This document shows positions 9,363 to 19,160 of a stretch of DNA of 38,608 nucleotides, in pieces. Below the pieces are notes generated by a model. That model saw only the letters and a program-made list of their open reading frames with translations, was not told the origin of the DNA and did no database searches. Origin of the DNA: a virus; UHGV virus genome UHGV-0017704; one strand, given 5' to 3'. Position numbers and translations under genes: made by a program. Every line of letters begins with the position of its first letter. Within the stretch, counting starts at the first letter, position 1.

Positions 9363-9809
9363 TTGGTTAGCGTAATTGACGTTATACGAGCGTTAAGTGA
9401 ATTGATTGAAAAAGAGTATCCGAACTATCCAGTTATAGACTATGACGTAGAAGAGAACTTTCCACGCCCGAGTTACTTCATTGAGGTTAACAACGTGCAT
9501 ACAGAATGGGTTGCAACTGACTACGTTCAAGAGTCAAGCGACTTAGAAATTACTTTTTTCGCCGAAGATAGATATTCGGGTTTCTTGGAACTTCTTGACA
9601 TGAAGAACAATTTAACAAAGTTATTCAATGAGCCGTTACAGGTTGGTAATAACTTCTTTGTTACGTTGTTAGAAACTACATCGGAAATTTTCAAGAACGA
9701 TAAAGTACTCACATTTTCATTTACCGCTAACATCGTAAACAAGATTGAGCGTGACGAAACAGACAATTATATGGAAAACTTATTTTATCGGGAGGAGGTT
9801 CACAACTAA
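9363..9809 (+). CDS. Neck / tail completion protein (putative)
   Basis: Sits between the head-closure and sheath genes. TTG start after GGAGGTG. Confidence 0.4.
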   Translation: MVSVIDVIRALSELIEKEYPNYPVIDYDVEENFPRPSYFIEVNNVHTEWVATDYVQESSDLEITFFAEDRYSGFLELLDMKNNLTKLFNEPLQVGNNFFVTLLETTSEIFKNDKVLTFSFTANIVNKIERDETDNYMENLFYREEVHN

Positions 9810-9815
9810 AATGTT

Positions 9816-10421
9816 ATGGGTGCTAAACGTATTCCGACAGGGACAGTCAGAGGGCTTTTAAAAGTCATAAAACATCTACATAATAACATTTATTTATGCG
9901 AATGTATAAAGTGTGGTGCAGTTTATGAAGTTGCTTCTCGCTTATTAAGTCCTAGAGAAATTAGAAATAAATGCGTTCAATGTTCTAATTGTCATATAGG
10001 AATGGAACATCACGGACGAAGCAAGAATTGCCGTCTATATAGAATATGGGTATCTATGAAAAATAGAGAAAATAATCATGACGGAACGCGACCGACTTAT
10101 ACAGGTAAAACGATGTGTGGCGAATGGAAAAATAGTTTTACTAATTTTTATGATTGGGCTATTTCAAATGGTTATAAATCTAATTTAAGCATAGACCGAA
10201 TAGATAATAACAAAGGATACTCGCCAAATAATTGCCGTTGGGCTACTGCTAAACAGCAAGTTATGAATAGAACTAATACTTTACAGATTGCATATAAAGG
10301 TAAAACAAAGCCTCTTATGGAATGGTGTGAGATATTGAACCTTAGTTATAATACAATTTGGACACGCTTGCATAAGTATAATTGGACAGTTGAAAAAGCC
10401 TTTACGAAAGGAGTTAAATAA
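9816..10421 (+). CDS. Free-standing HNH-like homing endonuclease (paralog A, full length)
   Basis: N-terminal Cys cluster (CECIKCG..CVQCSNC) plus conserved core R-x-Y-x-W..MCGEW..F..W..NGY..LSIDRIDNNKGYSPNNCRWAT. Confidence 0.7.
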   Translation: MGAKRIPTGTVRGLLKVIKHLHNNIYLCECIKCGAVYEVASRLLSPREIRNKCVQCSNCHIGMEHHGRSKNCRLYRIWVSMKNRENNHDGTRPTYTGKTMCGEWKNSFTNFYDWAISNGYKSNLSIDRIDNNKGYSPNNCRWATAKQQVMNRTNTLQIAYKGKTKPLMEWCEILNLSYNTIWTRLHKYNWTVEKAFTKGVK

Positions 10422-11521
10422 TGAGTAATATCCGTGTGGATGTACCCTCTATCGATATTGTATTTAAGCAAAAAGCGGTAACAGCTATTTTGCGTTCTGA
10501 ACGTGGTATTTTAGCCGTGTTAGTACAAGACGATAAACAAACCAAGGGCGTAACCCGCTTTACTTATAAACGTGGAACAGACGTAAACAAAACTGATTAT
10601 AGTGACGCTAATTATACAGCAATCAAACGGGCGTTTGATGTGGCTGTAAATAAAGTTCATGTATTCCGATATGCAAGCACAGTAGAATTGGCGGACGTAT
10701 TAAAAGAAGTTGAAAAGGTACGAATTAATTATATTTGTACTAACGTTAAAGCTAACCAACAAGAATTAGCTAACTGGGTACGCCAATATAATAATGACAA
10801 TCAAGGTCATAAAATTGTAGGCGTTGTGGCTAATATCGAAACAGCAGACAGCAAATACATTATTAATCTTAAAGGTACAGGCGGTACTTTAAAAACTGGT
10901 GACGCTGTAACGGCTGAAGATTATTTAATTCGTATTGCGTCTACATTGGCTAACTTGCCTATGAACCGAAGCTTGACATACTATGTGTTTAGTGATTTGC
11001 AATCTTGGGATGACTCCTATATTAATAGTGAAAATTCTATCGGTGTATGGATAACTAAAGGGTTCTTGACTCTTATTAATGATGACGATGAGGTTAAATG
11101 TGGACGAGCTGTAAACAGCTTAGTAACGTTTACTTCTACAGATACGGAAGATATGAGTAACATTATTATTGTTGAGTCTATGAACTTAATTCTTGAAGAT
11201 ATTTATACAACGTTCAAAGATTATTACGTTGGTAAATACAAAAATACCTTGAGTAATCAACGATTATTTATCTCTAGTGTAAACAGTTATTTCCGTACGT
11301 TGCAAGGCGAAGAAATCTTGGATGACGCATACGATAACCATGCAGAAATTGATATTGAAACTCAACGTAACGCATGGACTTCTATTGGTAAAACTGAGGC
11401 GGAAGATTGGACAGATTTGAAAGTACAACAAATGTCTTTCAAAACAAACGTTTATCTTGCAGGTGATGTGAAAATCACAAATTGCATGGAAGATTTACAC
11501 TTTGAAATCGCGTTAGTATAG
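10421..11521 (+). CDS. Contractile tail sheath protein (XkdK-like)
   Basis: 366 aa, directly upstream of the tube gene. PBSX-type gene order. Confidence 0.7.
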   Translation: MSNIRVDVPSIDIVFKQKAVTAILRSERGILAVLVQDDKQTKGVTRFTYKRGTDVNKTDYSDANYTAIKRAFDVAVNKVHVFRYASTVELADVLKEVEKVRINYICTNVKANQQELANWVRQYNNDNQGHKIVGVVANIETADSKYIINLKGTGGTLKTGDAVTAEDYLIRIASTLANLPMNRSLTYYVFSDLQSWDDSYINSENSIGVWITKGFLTLINDDDEVKCGRAVNSLVTFTSTDTEDMSNIIIVESMNLILEDIYTTFKDYYVGKYKNTLSNQRLFISSVNSYFRTLQGEEILDDAYDNHAEIDIETQRNAWTSIGKTEAEDWTDLKVQQMSFKTNVYLAGDVKITNCMEDLHFEIALV

Positions 11522-11532
11522 GGAGGTAAATA

Positions 11533-11955
11533 ATGGATAGTAATAAAATTATCTTGGGTACGTTTGGACGCGTTTTTATTAACAATAAACGTATCGCAAA
11601 TATCAAAAGTTTTGAACTTAAAGCGTCTATGGACTATGAAGAAATTGACGTTAATGGTAACTTAATTAAACAATATAAATACAAAGGTTCTAGCTTGGCG
11701 GGTACTATGGAAGTACATAAGGTTGACAGCTATAATATTAATCTTGTTAAGGACGCAATTAAAACAGGCGTTATGCCCGATATTAAAATTGTAGGTGAGT
11801 TATCTGACCCTAATATTGACGGTGATGAGGCTATTGAAATCACTCCTGTTTATCTTGATGAGGCTACTTTATTAGCTTTCACAAATGGCGAAGTACGCGA
11901 TGAGTCTACGGCGTTCCGTGCGGGCGGTTACAATTATATTAGTACTATTGATTAG
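11533..11955 (+). CDS. Tail tube protein (XkdM-like)
   Basis: 140 aa, follows the sheath gene. Confidence 0.65.
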   Translation: MDSNKIILGTFGRVFINNKRIANIKSFELKASMDYEEIDVNGNLIKQYKYKGSSLAGTMEVHKVDSYNINLVKDAIKTGVMPDIKIVGELSDPNIDGDEAIEITPVYLDEATLLAFTNGEVRDESTAFRAGGYNYISTID

Positions 11956-11961
11956 CGGTAA

Positions 11962-11995
11962 AGGGGGGCGGTAAAACGCCCCTATTACTTTATGT
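11962..11995 (+). terminator. Rho-independent terminator
   Basis: GGGGGGCGGTAAAACGCCCC followed by TATT. Confidence 0.6.
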
Positions 11996-12020
11996 AATAG
12001 TTATTATGCTGTTTTGATAT

Positions 12021-12049
12021 TTGACGAATTACTAGACCTCGTGTATTAT
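12021..12049 (+). promoter_or_regulatory. Early-type promoter TTGACG-17-TG-TATTATAAT
   Basis: Same architecture as the promoters at ~21397, ~33334, ~33813 and ~35123. Confidence 0.5.
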
Positions 12050-12109
12050 AATAGATGTAGGGAGGAAATAAACCTACAGGATATTATTAAACAGAAAGAG
12101 GTAGCAAAA

Positions 12110-12538
12110 ATGAAATATGTAATTTTAAAGAAAATCGATAACGTTTGGTATGCAACAAGAAACAGATATACAGCAAAAGAATTGGAAGTTCTTGTTGATA
12201 AACTATACGATGATGTAGTAGATTTTGAACTCATTAATAATGGTAATTGTCAAGGACTTGATGACGGCGTAATTATCGTTAAAGATGACGGACGAGAACT
12301 AAACAATAACGGCGTATATTTAACTGATGATTTACTTAAAGAAGAAAAAGAAAAATCTAGTCATTTATGGGTGTACGTTGTAACATTTGTATTGTTGTTG
12401 TTCTTTGGTGTGAAAATTACATTAATGTTCGGTGCGTTATATGTAATTTTAAAATTTATCGCAAGTTTTGATAATAACAATAATAAAGATGTACAATCTG
12501 AACTATCGGAAAACCATAAACCAGTTGGGATGATGTAA
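12110..12538 (+). CDS. Membrane protein of unknown function (inserted gene in the tail module)
   Basis: ATG after AAGAGGT. Soluble N-terminal domain of about 100 aa, then two TM helices. Confidence 0.5.
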   Translation: MKYVILKKIDNVWYATRNRYTAKELEVLVDKLYDDVVDFELINNGNCQGLDDGVIIVKDDGRELNNNGVYLTDDLLKEEKEKSSHLWVYVVTFVLLLFFGVKITLMFGALYVILKFIASFDNNNNKDVQSELSENHKPVGMM

Positions 12539-12924
12539 TGGAAATAGATAAATTCATACAGTTTTTAGGAACTATCAAAGACAAAGAAGTTAAAAGGCTA
12601 TGTAAAAAGGCTATGCAAAAAGGACGCAACAAAGCAACGGCTGAGGTACGTAAACAAGCACGAGCAACAGCAAAAAGCCGAAACAATGGGAATGGTACAA
12701 GTTACTTAAAGACTTATAAAGGGGGTAAGATAGTACAAGTTGGCGAAACTTGGAAAACTAGAGCATACAATAAAAATGGTAAAGCTCATTTCTTGGAAAA
12801 ACCTACATTCTCTAAGTATCATAAACAAGGTTTAAACGCGTTTGAGAAGTCACAAGATAAAGCAGATAAAGCCTTTAGAAAAGCTGTTAATGACGCATTT
12901 GACGAGTTAATTAAGAAATTTTAA
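12538..12924 (+). CDS. Lysine-rich basic protein of unknown function
   Basis: 128 aa, overlaps the upstream stop (ATGATG..). Highly basic. Confidence 0.5.
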   Translation: MEIDKFIQFLGTIKDKEVKRLCKKAMQKGRNKATAEVRKQARATAKSRNNGNGTSYLKTYKGGKIVQVGETWKTRAYNKNGKAHFLEKPTFSKYHKQGLNAFEKSQDKADKAFRKAVNDAFDELIKKF

Positions 12925-12936
12925 GGAGATAATAAC

Positions 12937-13293
12937 ATGAACACATTAGAAAAATTATTGAGCCGTTTAGGTAAAGAAAATACAACTTTTGAAGTAAAAT
13001 TGAACGATAATGTTTATCAATGTCATAAAATTCCATTCGGACAGTTGTTGAGCATTGACGAAAACCACGAAACAGATACCGAACTAGGTGCATTCGAACG
13101 TAATCAAGAAGTTATTTATGAGTGCTGTCCTTTATTTGAAAAGGCTTTAGGGACATTAGACCACCACGGAGACCCTTTCAAGGTAGTTGGTAAATTATTA
13201 CAGCCTATGGAAGTATATATGTTTTATGGTGAGATTTTAAATCAGTATGTCAACCAACAAACGAAAGACGTTGAAACAGTAAAAAAGCCTTAA
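12937..13293 (+). CDS. Tail assembly chaperone (XkdN/G-like)
   Basis: 118 aa, immediately upstream of the tape measure gene. Ends in a slippery heptamer. Confidence 0.65.
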   Translation: MNTLEKLLSRLGKENTTFEVKLNDNVYQCHKIPFGQLLSIDENHETDTELGAFERNQEVIYECCPLFEKALGTLDHHGDPFKVVGKLLQPMEVYMFYGEILNQYVNQQTKDVETVKKP

Positions 13294-13430
13294 AGAACGG
13301 CGGTTCAGATGATTTAGTATTATATAAATACTATTTTGATAAAGGACATACGTTCGATGAAATGACTAAATGGACATATGAGGAAAAGACTCTTGCCCTA
13401 GGGTTCTTATTGTATGATTTAAAGGGGTGA
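13281..13430 (+). CDS. -1 programmed frameshift extension of the tail chaperone (GT-like product)
   Basis: Slippery A_AAA_AAG at 13281..13287. The -1 frame stays open for 49 codons and stops 4 nt before the tape measure start. Confidence 0.55.
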   Translation, partial: KKALKNGGSDDLVLYKYYFDKGHTFDEMTKWTYEEKTLALGFLLYDLKG

Positions 13431-13434
13431 TATA

Positions 13435-14904
13435 TTGGCTAAAACAATTGACTTATTAATGTCACTTAAAGACGGAGTGAGTCCTAAATTAGGTAAAATT
13501 AATAACAATCTACAAACTACAAGCGGTAAAGCGAAAGCCCTCGGAAAATCGTTCTTGTCAGTCGGTAACATAATGAAAGGTGCGTTTGTAACTGGTGCAA
13601 TAGCGGGTTTTGTAAAGTCAACAATTGGAGCATATGAAACTCAAATCAAGGCTGAGAAATCTGTAACACGTGCTATTATGGCACAAGGGGCAACAGCACA
13701 ACAGGCGTCACAAGATTTAAAAGAGTGGCAATCTTTCGCAAGTAAACAACAAGATATCACTGCTTTCGGTGATGAGGATACTCTTGCAAATATTAGCGGG
13801 TTAATCTCGCAAGGGTTTGGCAAAAAAGACATTAAAGATATTGTTGCTATGTCACAAGATATAGCACGGAACACGGGTGACAATCAAAAAAATGTAATGG
13901 ACGCCATGAGTGCATATATTAAAACAGGTGCAAGGGCTAAAATTCTAGCAAAACAATATAAATTAAACGCGGACTTGTTAGGTAAAGGTAAAACGGAAAG
14001 CGAACGTTTAGCCGAAGTATGGAAAGCGTTTGAACAATCGGCTAACAAAGGAGCTAGCACGGAATACCTTAAAACATTTGAGGGACAATGTGAGTCACTT
14101 AAAGGGCGTTTGGCTGACCTTAATGAACCAGTCGGACATTTATTTTCAACTCTTATGGGCTATGGTAATGACCCGAACGCCACATTCGTTAGTACATTGG
14201 ATAAAGTAGTAGTTGACGCAACAGCAGATATAGACGCCATGGCGAAAAAAGCCGATGAACTTGGTGGTGGTATTACTGGCGTTGGACTTGCTTGTTTAGA
14301 AGCTCACCCTATCATTACTACGTTAATAGGTGCGGGAGGTGTTGGTAAAGGTATTACTGTTATGGCTGATTTTGCCACGGCTTGCAGTACTGTTAAAAAT
14401 GCTATTAGTGGTGTTACAATTGCGGTAGGTGCTTTAGAAATCGGGTTAGGTGCTTTACTTGGTACTATTGGTGCCGTTGCACTTGCATTAGGTGGTTTAA
14501 TTGCATTAGGGCAAAACTGGAATAGTATGGCTCCAGAAGTGCGAGAACAGTTAAACGAAACTCAACGGGAAGCCAACGGGGTATATCAAGCGAACGAAGC
14601 CATGTATGGTGGTGTAGCAATTCCCGACATGAGCCATTCAAAATATGGCACACATCCAAATGCAACTGGTACAAATTATTTTGCAGGCGGTTTGGCTGAG
14701 ATTGGCGAACATGGCGGGGAAATCTTAAATTTACCAAACGGAACTCAGATTATTCCTAACGATATTTCAAAACGAATGAGTGGAGGCTATACATTCAATT
14801 GTCCAATTACAGTGCAAGGTAACGTCATCGGCAACGAGGACTTCGTAAACTATATTGGACAGGTTATTTCTGATAGGGTTAGCTTGGCTATCTCAAATTG
14901 TTAG
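13435..14904 (+). CDS. Tail tape measure protein
   Basis: 489 aa. Helical N-terminus and Gly/Ala-rich hydrophobic core. TTG start after GGGGTG. Confidence 0.8.
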   Translation: MAKTIDLLMSLKDGVSPKLGKINNNLQTTSGKAKALGKSFLSVGNIMKGAFVTGAIAGFVKSTIGAYETQIKAEKSVTRAIMAQGATAQQASQDLKEWQSFASKQQDITAFGDEDTLANISGLISQGFGKKDIKDIVAMSQDIARNTGDNQKNVMDAMSAYIKTGARAKILAKQYKLNADLLGKGKTESERLAEVWKAFEQSANKGASTEYLKTFEGQCESLKGRLADLNEPVGHLFSTLMGYGNDPNATFVSTLDKVVVDATADIDAMAKKADELGGGITGVGLACLEAHPIITTLIGAGGVGKGITVMADFATACSTVKNAISGVTIAVGALEIGLGALLGTIGAVALALGGLIALGQNWNSMAPEVREQLNETQREANGVYQANEAMYGGVAIPDMSHSKYGTHPNATGTNYFAGGLAEIGEHGGEILNLPNGTQIIPNDISKRMSGGYTFNCPITVQGNVIGNEDFVNYIGQVISDRVSLAISNC

Positions 14905-14924
14905 TACAAAGCATGTAATTTTAT

Positions 14925-14962
14925 AGACGGGTGATATACTTTATTGCCCGTCTTTTATTTTA
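14925..14962 (+). terminator. Terminator after the tape measure gene
   Basis: AGACGGG..CCCGTCT followed by TTTTATTTT. Confidence 0.55.
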
Positions 14963-14988
14963 TATAGTTATGTGAGTACAAAATATAC

Positions 14989-15018
14989 TTGATATTACTA
15001 TATAACCTATGATATAAT
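14989..15018 (+). promoter_or_regulatory. Promoter TTGATA-18-TATAAT
   Basis: Read directly from the sequence. Confidence 0.4.
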
Positions 15019-15046
15019 AATATATGTAGATGAAAGGAGGTATAAA

Positions 15047-15547
15047 ATGAATTTACTTGGACTATTGAGTATCTACAGAAATTTTTTAAGTCGGTATAAT
15101 AGCGGAATTACTAGGGCGGAAATTTGCCTCATGCAAGAGGGTGGCGATAGTGTAACTTTTCCCGTTGTTCCTGCTGACTTGCCCGCGATACAGACGGAAC
15201 AGCACAATGAAACGTTTAACAGCGTGATTGGTGATATTTCAACTATTGGGCTTCTCGGGTTACGTTCTATTAGCTTCGATGATTTACTAGCCCCCGATGA
15301 TAACAGCCGTTACCCTTGGGCGAAAGGCACGAACGGCGGGGACATTATTAACTTTATTAATAAGGCTCGATTAGAGGCTAAGCCTTTTAGATTGGTAATC
15401 ACAAGAGGTGATAATACATATCTCAATATGCTTGCTATCATTAATAACTTTAGTTATTATCTTGATAATACAAACGATTATCATATTAGTATTGAATTTT
15501 CTGAATATAGAACCTATAACCCTACAACAGGGGGACTACAATCATGA
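15047..15547 (+). CDS. Tail/baseplate protein (XkdP position)
   Basis: Position only. Confidence 0.4.
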   Translation: MNLLGLLSIYRNFLSRYNSGITRAEICLMQEGGDSVTFPVVPADLPAIQTEQHNETFNSVIGDISTIGLLGLRSISFDDLLAPDDNSRYPWAKGTNGGDIINFINKARLEAKPFRLVITRGDNTYLNMLAIINNFSYYLDNTNDYHISIEFSEYRTYNPTTGGLQS

Positions 15548-16521
15548 TGAAAGTAATTGTAATTCAAGAGGATAAACAAATAGATATATCCGCGTTTTGT
15601 GGTAATGTAACACGAGCGGACAATATTGATAGTCTTGGCGTTGAGCTTAATTTTGACTTTGTTAACAATCATGTGTACGATAGTTACACTCAGTTTACAA
15701 CGTTGCGTACTGGTAACACAATTTTGTTATATGACGCAGATGAAATGATATTTCAAGGTCAAATAATTACACTATCACGAAACAGCATAAGCAATTATAA
15801 TGTCAAGTGCTTTGATAATGCATTTTATCTAAATAAGAATGAAACTAAAATTCAATTTACGAATTTAGATGTAAAAGCCTGTATCGAAAAACTTTGTAAA
15901 CAAGAATATATTCCATGCAAGGTAGATTGTGATATACCAACTAAGGTAACTAAGATTTATAATGGTGAGAAAATATCGAATATTATCGATGATTTACTCA
16001 AACAAGCAACGAATGATACGGGTTTAAAATATCGCCGTGAGTACAATTACGGAAGTTTGTATGTAAACGCTATGAATAACCTCAAAATGATTTGGAAATC
16101 TAAACCGCTTGTATCTGATTTTAGTTACGATGAGTCTATAGACAATCTAGCAAATAGAGTTGTTGTCATGTCATCATCTGAAAAGAATACAACTGTTTAT
16201 GCTGAGGCTAAAAATGAGCAGTCTATCAAGATGTACGGGCAATATACTCATTACGAAAAAGTAGATGACAAGAAAAAAGCTAAGGCTCAGAATATAGCTG
16301 ATACAAAACTAAAAGAGTTATCGAAAACATTCGAAAAAGCGACTGTTACGTTGTTAGGTGATAACTATGTTAGGGCGGGTAGAATTATCCAATTCGAACA
16401 GCCCGAGATAGGTTTATATGGTAGTTATTTAGTAGAACATTGTACTCACAATTACAATGGCTCACTACATACAATGGAATGCGAAATAATTAAGGAGGAA
16501 GAAAATGCTGAAAGTAAATAA
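15544..16521 (+). CDS. Baseplate hub-like protein (XkdQ position)
   Basis: 325 aa. Position only. Confidence 0.45.
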   Translation: MMKVIVIQEDKQIDISAFCGNVTRADNIDSLGVELNFDFVNNHVYDSYTQFTTLRTGNTILLYDADEMIFQGQIITLSRNSISNYNVKCFDNAFYLNKNETKIQFTNLDVKACIEKLCKQEYIPCKVDCDIPTKVTKIYNGEKISNIIDDLLKQATNDTGLKYRREYNYGSLYVNAMNNLKMIWKSKPLVSDFSYDESIDNLANRVVVMSSSEKNTTVYAEAKNEQSIKMYGQYTHYEKVDDKKKAKAQNIADTKLKELSKTFEKATVTLLGDNYVRAGRIIQFEQPEIGLYGSYLVEHCTHNYNGSLHTMECEIIKEEENAESK

Positions 16522-16801
16522 TGTAATTTATACTACATTGGCTGACTATGTGATGACAGGTGGTATAGTTGAAATTAGCCTTGATACGTTTACAGGCAAC
16601 AAACGCTTTAAACTTCAAACAGATACAGATTGGAAAGATTTAGACGTACAAGAGTTGTGGACGTTCGCCAATAGTGTAAATGAAGATAAATTTAACGTGG
16701 TTAGTATTTTAGATGTGGTTCAATCATTACCGCTCATTAAATCGTATGCACCTGCTACTCATACTTGGAGCAGTGAACCACCTAAGGAGGATAAAGAATA
16801 A
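16505..16801 (+). CDS. Small baseplate protein (XkdR position)
   Basis: Position only. Confidence 0.4.
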   Translation: MLKVNNVIYTTLADYVMTGGIVEISLDTFTGNKRFKLQTDTDWKDLDVQELWTFANSVNEDKFNVVSILDVVQSLPLIKSYAPATHTWSSEPPKEDKE

Positions 16802-17235
16802 TGGCTAGTTTTAAGCATGGTAAAACAGGAAGCCGATTATATGAAGTATGGCACCATATGAAGTCACGCTGTTACTATACAAAAAATAAAAACTATAATG
16901 CTTATGGCGGGCGTGGTATTGCTGTGTGTGACGAGTGGAAAAATGATTTTATGAGCTTTTACAACTGGGCTATGGAGAACGGGTATGATGATACCTTAAC
17001 GATAGACCGAATAGATAATAACAAAGGTTATGAGCCTAGTAATTGCCGTTGGGTTGATATGAAACAGCAATCTAGGAACAGACGAAACACTAGAACTATA
17101 ACTTATAAAGGCGAAACAAAACCCATTTCAGAATGGTGTGAGCTTTTAAACCTCAATTATTATACAGTTATATCTAGGTTAGATAGATTAGGTTGGTCGG
17201 TTGAAAGAACATTGTTGGGGGGTGATGACAATTAG
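16801..17235 (+). CDS. HNH-like homing endonuclease paralog B (lacks the N-terminal Cys-cluster domain)
   Basis: [55 protein letters not shown]. Confidence 0.7.
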   Translation: MASFKHGKTGSRLYEVWHHMKSRCYYTKNKNYNAYGGRGIAVCDEWKNDFMSFYNWAMENGYDDTLTIDRIDNNKGYEPSNCRWVDMKQQSRNRRNTRTITYKGETKPISEWCELLNLNYYTVISRLDRLGWSVERTLLGGDDN

Positions 17236-17656
17236 CGAGTCATGGGAATATGGAATTGCTTCTATGTTCAAAGAACGCGATAACCCTACAAACAAACTGG
17301 GTGCGTGTTTAGGTAAAGTAGAGTCAGTTAGCCCGCCGATTGTATCCATTCAAGACGGGAAATTTATGATACAAGGCGAGCAACTGTATGTATGTAATCA
17401 GATATTGGAACGTGAAACAACTTACAAAAATCATACTGGACAATATCAAGAGTCGGGCAACGCTAGTATATCCTGTCATCCTTGCTCGGGTTCGTTCAGT
17501 AGTAGCGGTACTATCCAAAGTAACGGCTCAATTCACTTGGACGAGGTTTGGCGTGTTGGTGATTTAGTACTAGTCATTCCCGATGAACGCCAACAGCATT
17601 TTTTCATAGTCGACGTGGTACGCTCTGTACTCGGATGTAATTCTCACGCTGAATAG
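17225..17656 (+). CDS. Baseplate protein (putative)
   Basis: ATG after GGGGGTG. The ORF track lists 17201, which overlaps the HNH gene. Confidence 0.4.
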   Translation: MTISESWEYGIASMFKERDNPTNKLGACLGKVESVSPPIVSIQDGKFMIQGEQLYVCNQILERETTYKNHTGQYQESGNASISCHPCSGSFSSSGTIQSNGSIHLDEVWRVGDLVLVIPDERQQHFFIVDVVRSVLGCNSHAE

Positions 17657-17685
17657 TTGACATTGTACTAACAATAATGTATAAT
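17657..17685 (+). promoter_or_regulatory. Late-type promoter (copy 4 of 4)
   Basis: TTGACATTGTACTAACAAT..TATAAT. Confidence 0.6.
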
Positions 17686-17707
17686 TATATGTGTTAGGAG
17701 GTGAAAT

Positions 17708-18118
17708 ATGTTTCCGCAACAGAATTATGATGTAGAACAAGTATTGACTGAAGATACTGAAAGCGGTGAGCGTTCATTGCTGTTCGATTATGAAACAAAT
17801 TCATTCGTAATCAAGAATGGTAACGTACAAGAGGTATCAAGGATTGAACAAGTTAAGCAATGGATAGAGTTATTTATCCGCGTAGAACTTAACAAGTATG
17901 CTATCTATTCCGATAACTTTGGACTAGATTTAAGCAATTTAGTTGGTTATCGGTTACCGCGTTCTGTACAAGTATCTGAGATTATCAGACGTTTACATGA
18001 CGGAATTATTAACGGATGTAAACATGTAACAGCATGCGAAGATTTTTCATTTGATAACGGGAAGTTTTCGTTTACAGTTATTACAGACCTAGGAGAGGAG
18101 GTAAAACTTGAGTATTAA
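17708..18118 (+). CDS. Baseplate wedge protein (gp25/W-like, XkdS-like)
   Basis: 136 aa, upstream of the J-like gene. Confidence 0.5.
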   Translation: MFPQQNYDVEQVLTEDTESGERSLLFDYETNSFVIKNGNVQEVSRIEQVKQWIELFIRVELNKYAIYSDNFGLDLSNLVGYRLPRSVQVSEIIRRLHDGIINGCKHVTACEDFSFDNGKFSFTVITDLGEEVKLEY

Positions 18119-19160
18119 CGATTTACATAATACAATACTCACAAACATTCCTAACGAGTATAATAAATCTGAGGGCTATCCTGTATATGATATTACAAGG
18201 GGCTTCGCGTTCGCTCTTGATGAACTAGACTCTAAGATTGAGGACGTTAAACAGAAACAATCTGTACGCAATCTAAGCGGTCAAGAGTTAGAACAAGTAA
18301 TTGAGGAACGTACAGGCTTAACTCGTAAAACTGGTGTGAAAGCCGTTGGACGTGTTAAGATTGTGAGCGGGCAAGGTACAGTTTTAAAAACTGATTTATT
18401 TGCAACAGAGAATGATATTTATTTTCAATCATTAGAAGCGAAAGACGTAACGGCGGGTGACTACGTACTTGTTGAATGTACAGAGGGCGGACTTGTTGGT
18501 AACGTTGGTACTGGTACAATTACAGTTGTTCCAAAGACTATTACGGGTATTAGTCAAGTTACAAACGATGAGCCTACTACGGGTGGTTATGATACTGAAA
18601 CGGACGCAAGTCTATTAGAGCGTTATTTTGATAGACTACGTAACCCTGTAAACGGAGTTAATGCTAATCAGTACATCACATGGGCTAACTCAGTAGCGGG
18701 CGTTGGTGGTGCTAGATGTATACCTATTTGGAATGGGAAAAATACTGTAAAAGTTATTATTATTGGTAACGACTATAAACCCGCATCTGAAAACGTGGTA
18801 AAACTCGTACAAGACTATATAGACCCTAATAAGAATGGCGACGGCTCGGGCGTTGCTACTATTGGAGCTGTTACAACAGTTGTATCCGCTAAGACTACGC
18901 CTATTAAAGTAACTGTCAAGGGCGTTAAATTTAGTGGTGATGTGAGTACAGTAAAAGCAGAAATCAAAGATACTATTGATAGATATATCAGACAATCTGC
19001 GTTTAATACTGACTATGTATCTATTGCTAAAATCGGGGCTTTAATTATTGATATTGACGGCGTACAAGATTTTACAGAGTTGAAATTGAATGACGCTCAC
19101 GATAGTATTCAAATCGAAAATGACGCATGCGGGGTGTTAAGCGGGGTATGGTATGAATAA
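18108..19160 (+). CDS. Baseplate J-like protein (XkdT-like)
   Basis: 350 aa. Position and size. Confidence 0.65.
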   Translation: MSINDLHNTILTNIPNEYNKSEGYPVYDITRGFAFALDELDSKIEDVKQKQSVRNLSGQELEQVIEERTGLTRKTGVKAVGRVKIVSGQGTVLKTDLFATENDIYFQSLEAKDVTAGDYVLVECTEGGLVGNVGTGTITVVPKTITGISQVTNDEPTTGGYDTETDASLLERYFDRLRNPVNGVNANQYITWANSVAGVGGARCIPIWNGKNTVKVIIIGNDYKPASENVVKLVQDYIDPNKNGDGSGVATIGAVTTVVSAKTTPIKVTVKGVKFSGDVSTVKAEIKDTIDRYIRQSAFNTDYVSIAKIGALIIDIDGVQDFTELKLNDAHDSIQIENDACGVLSGVWYE

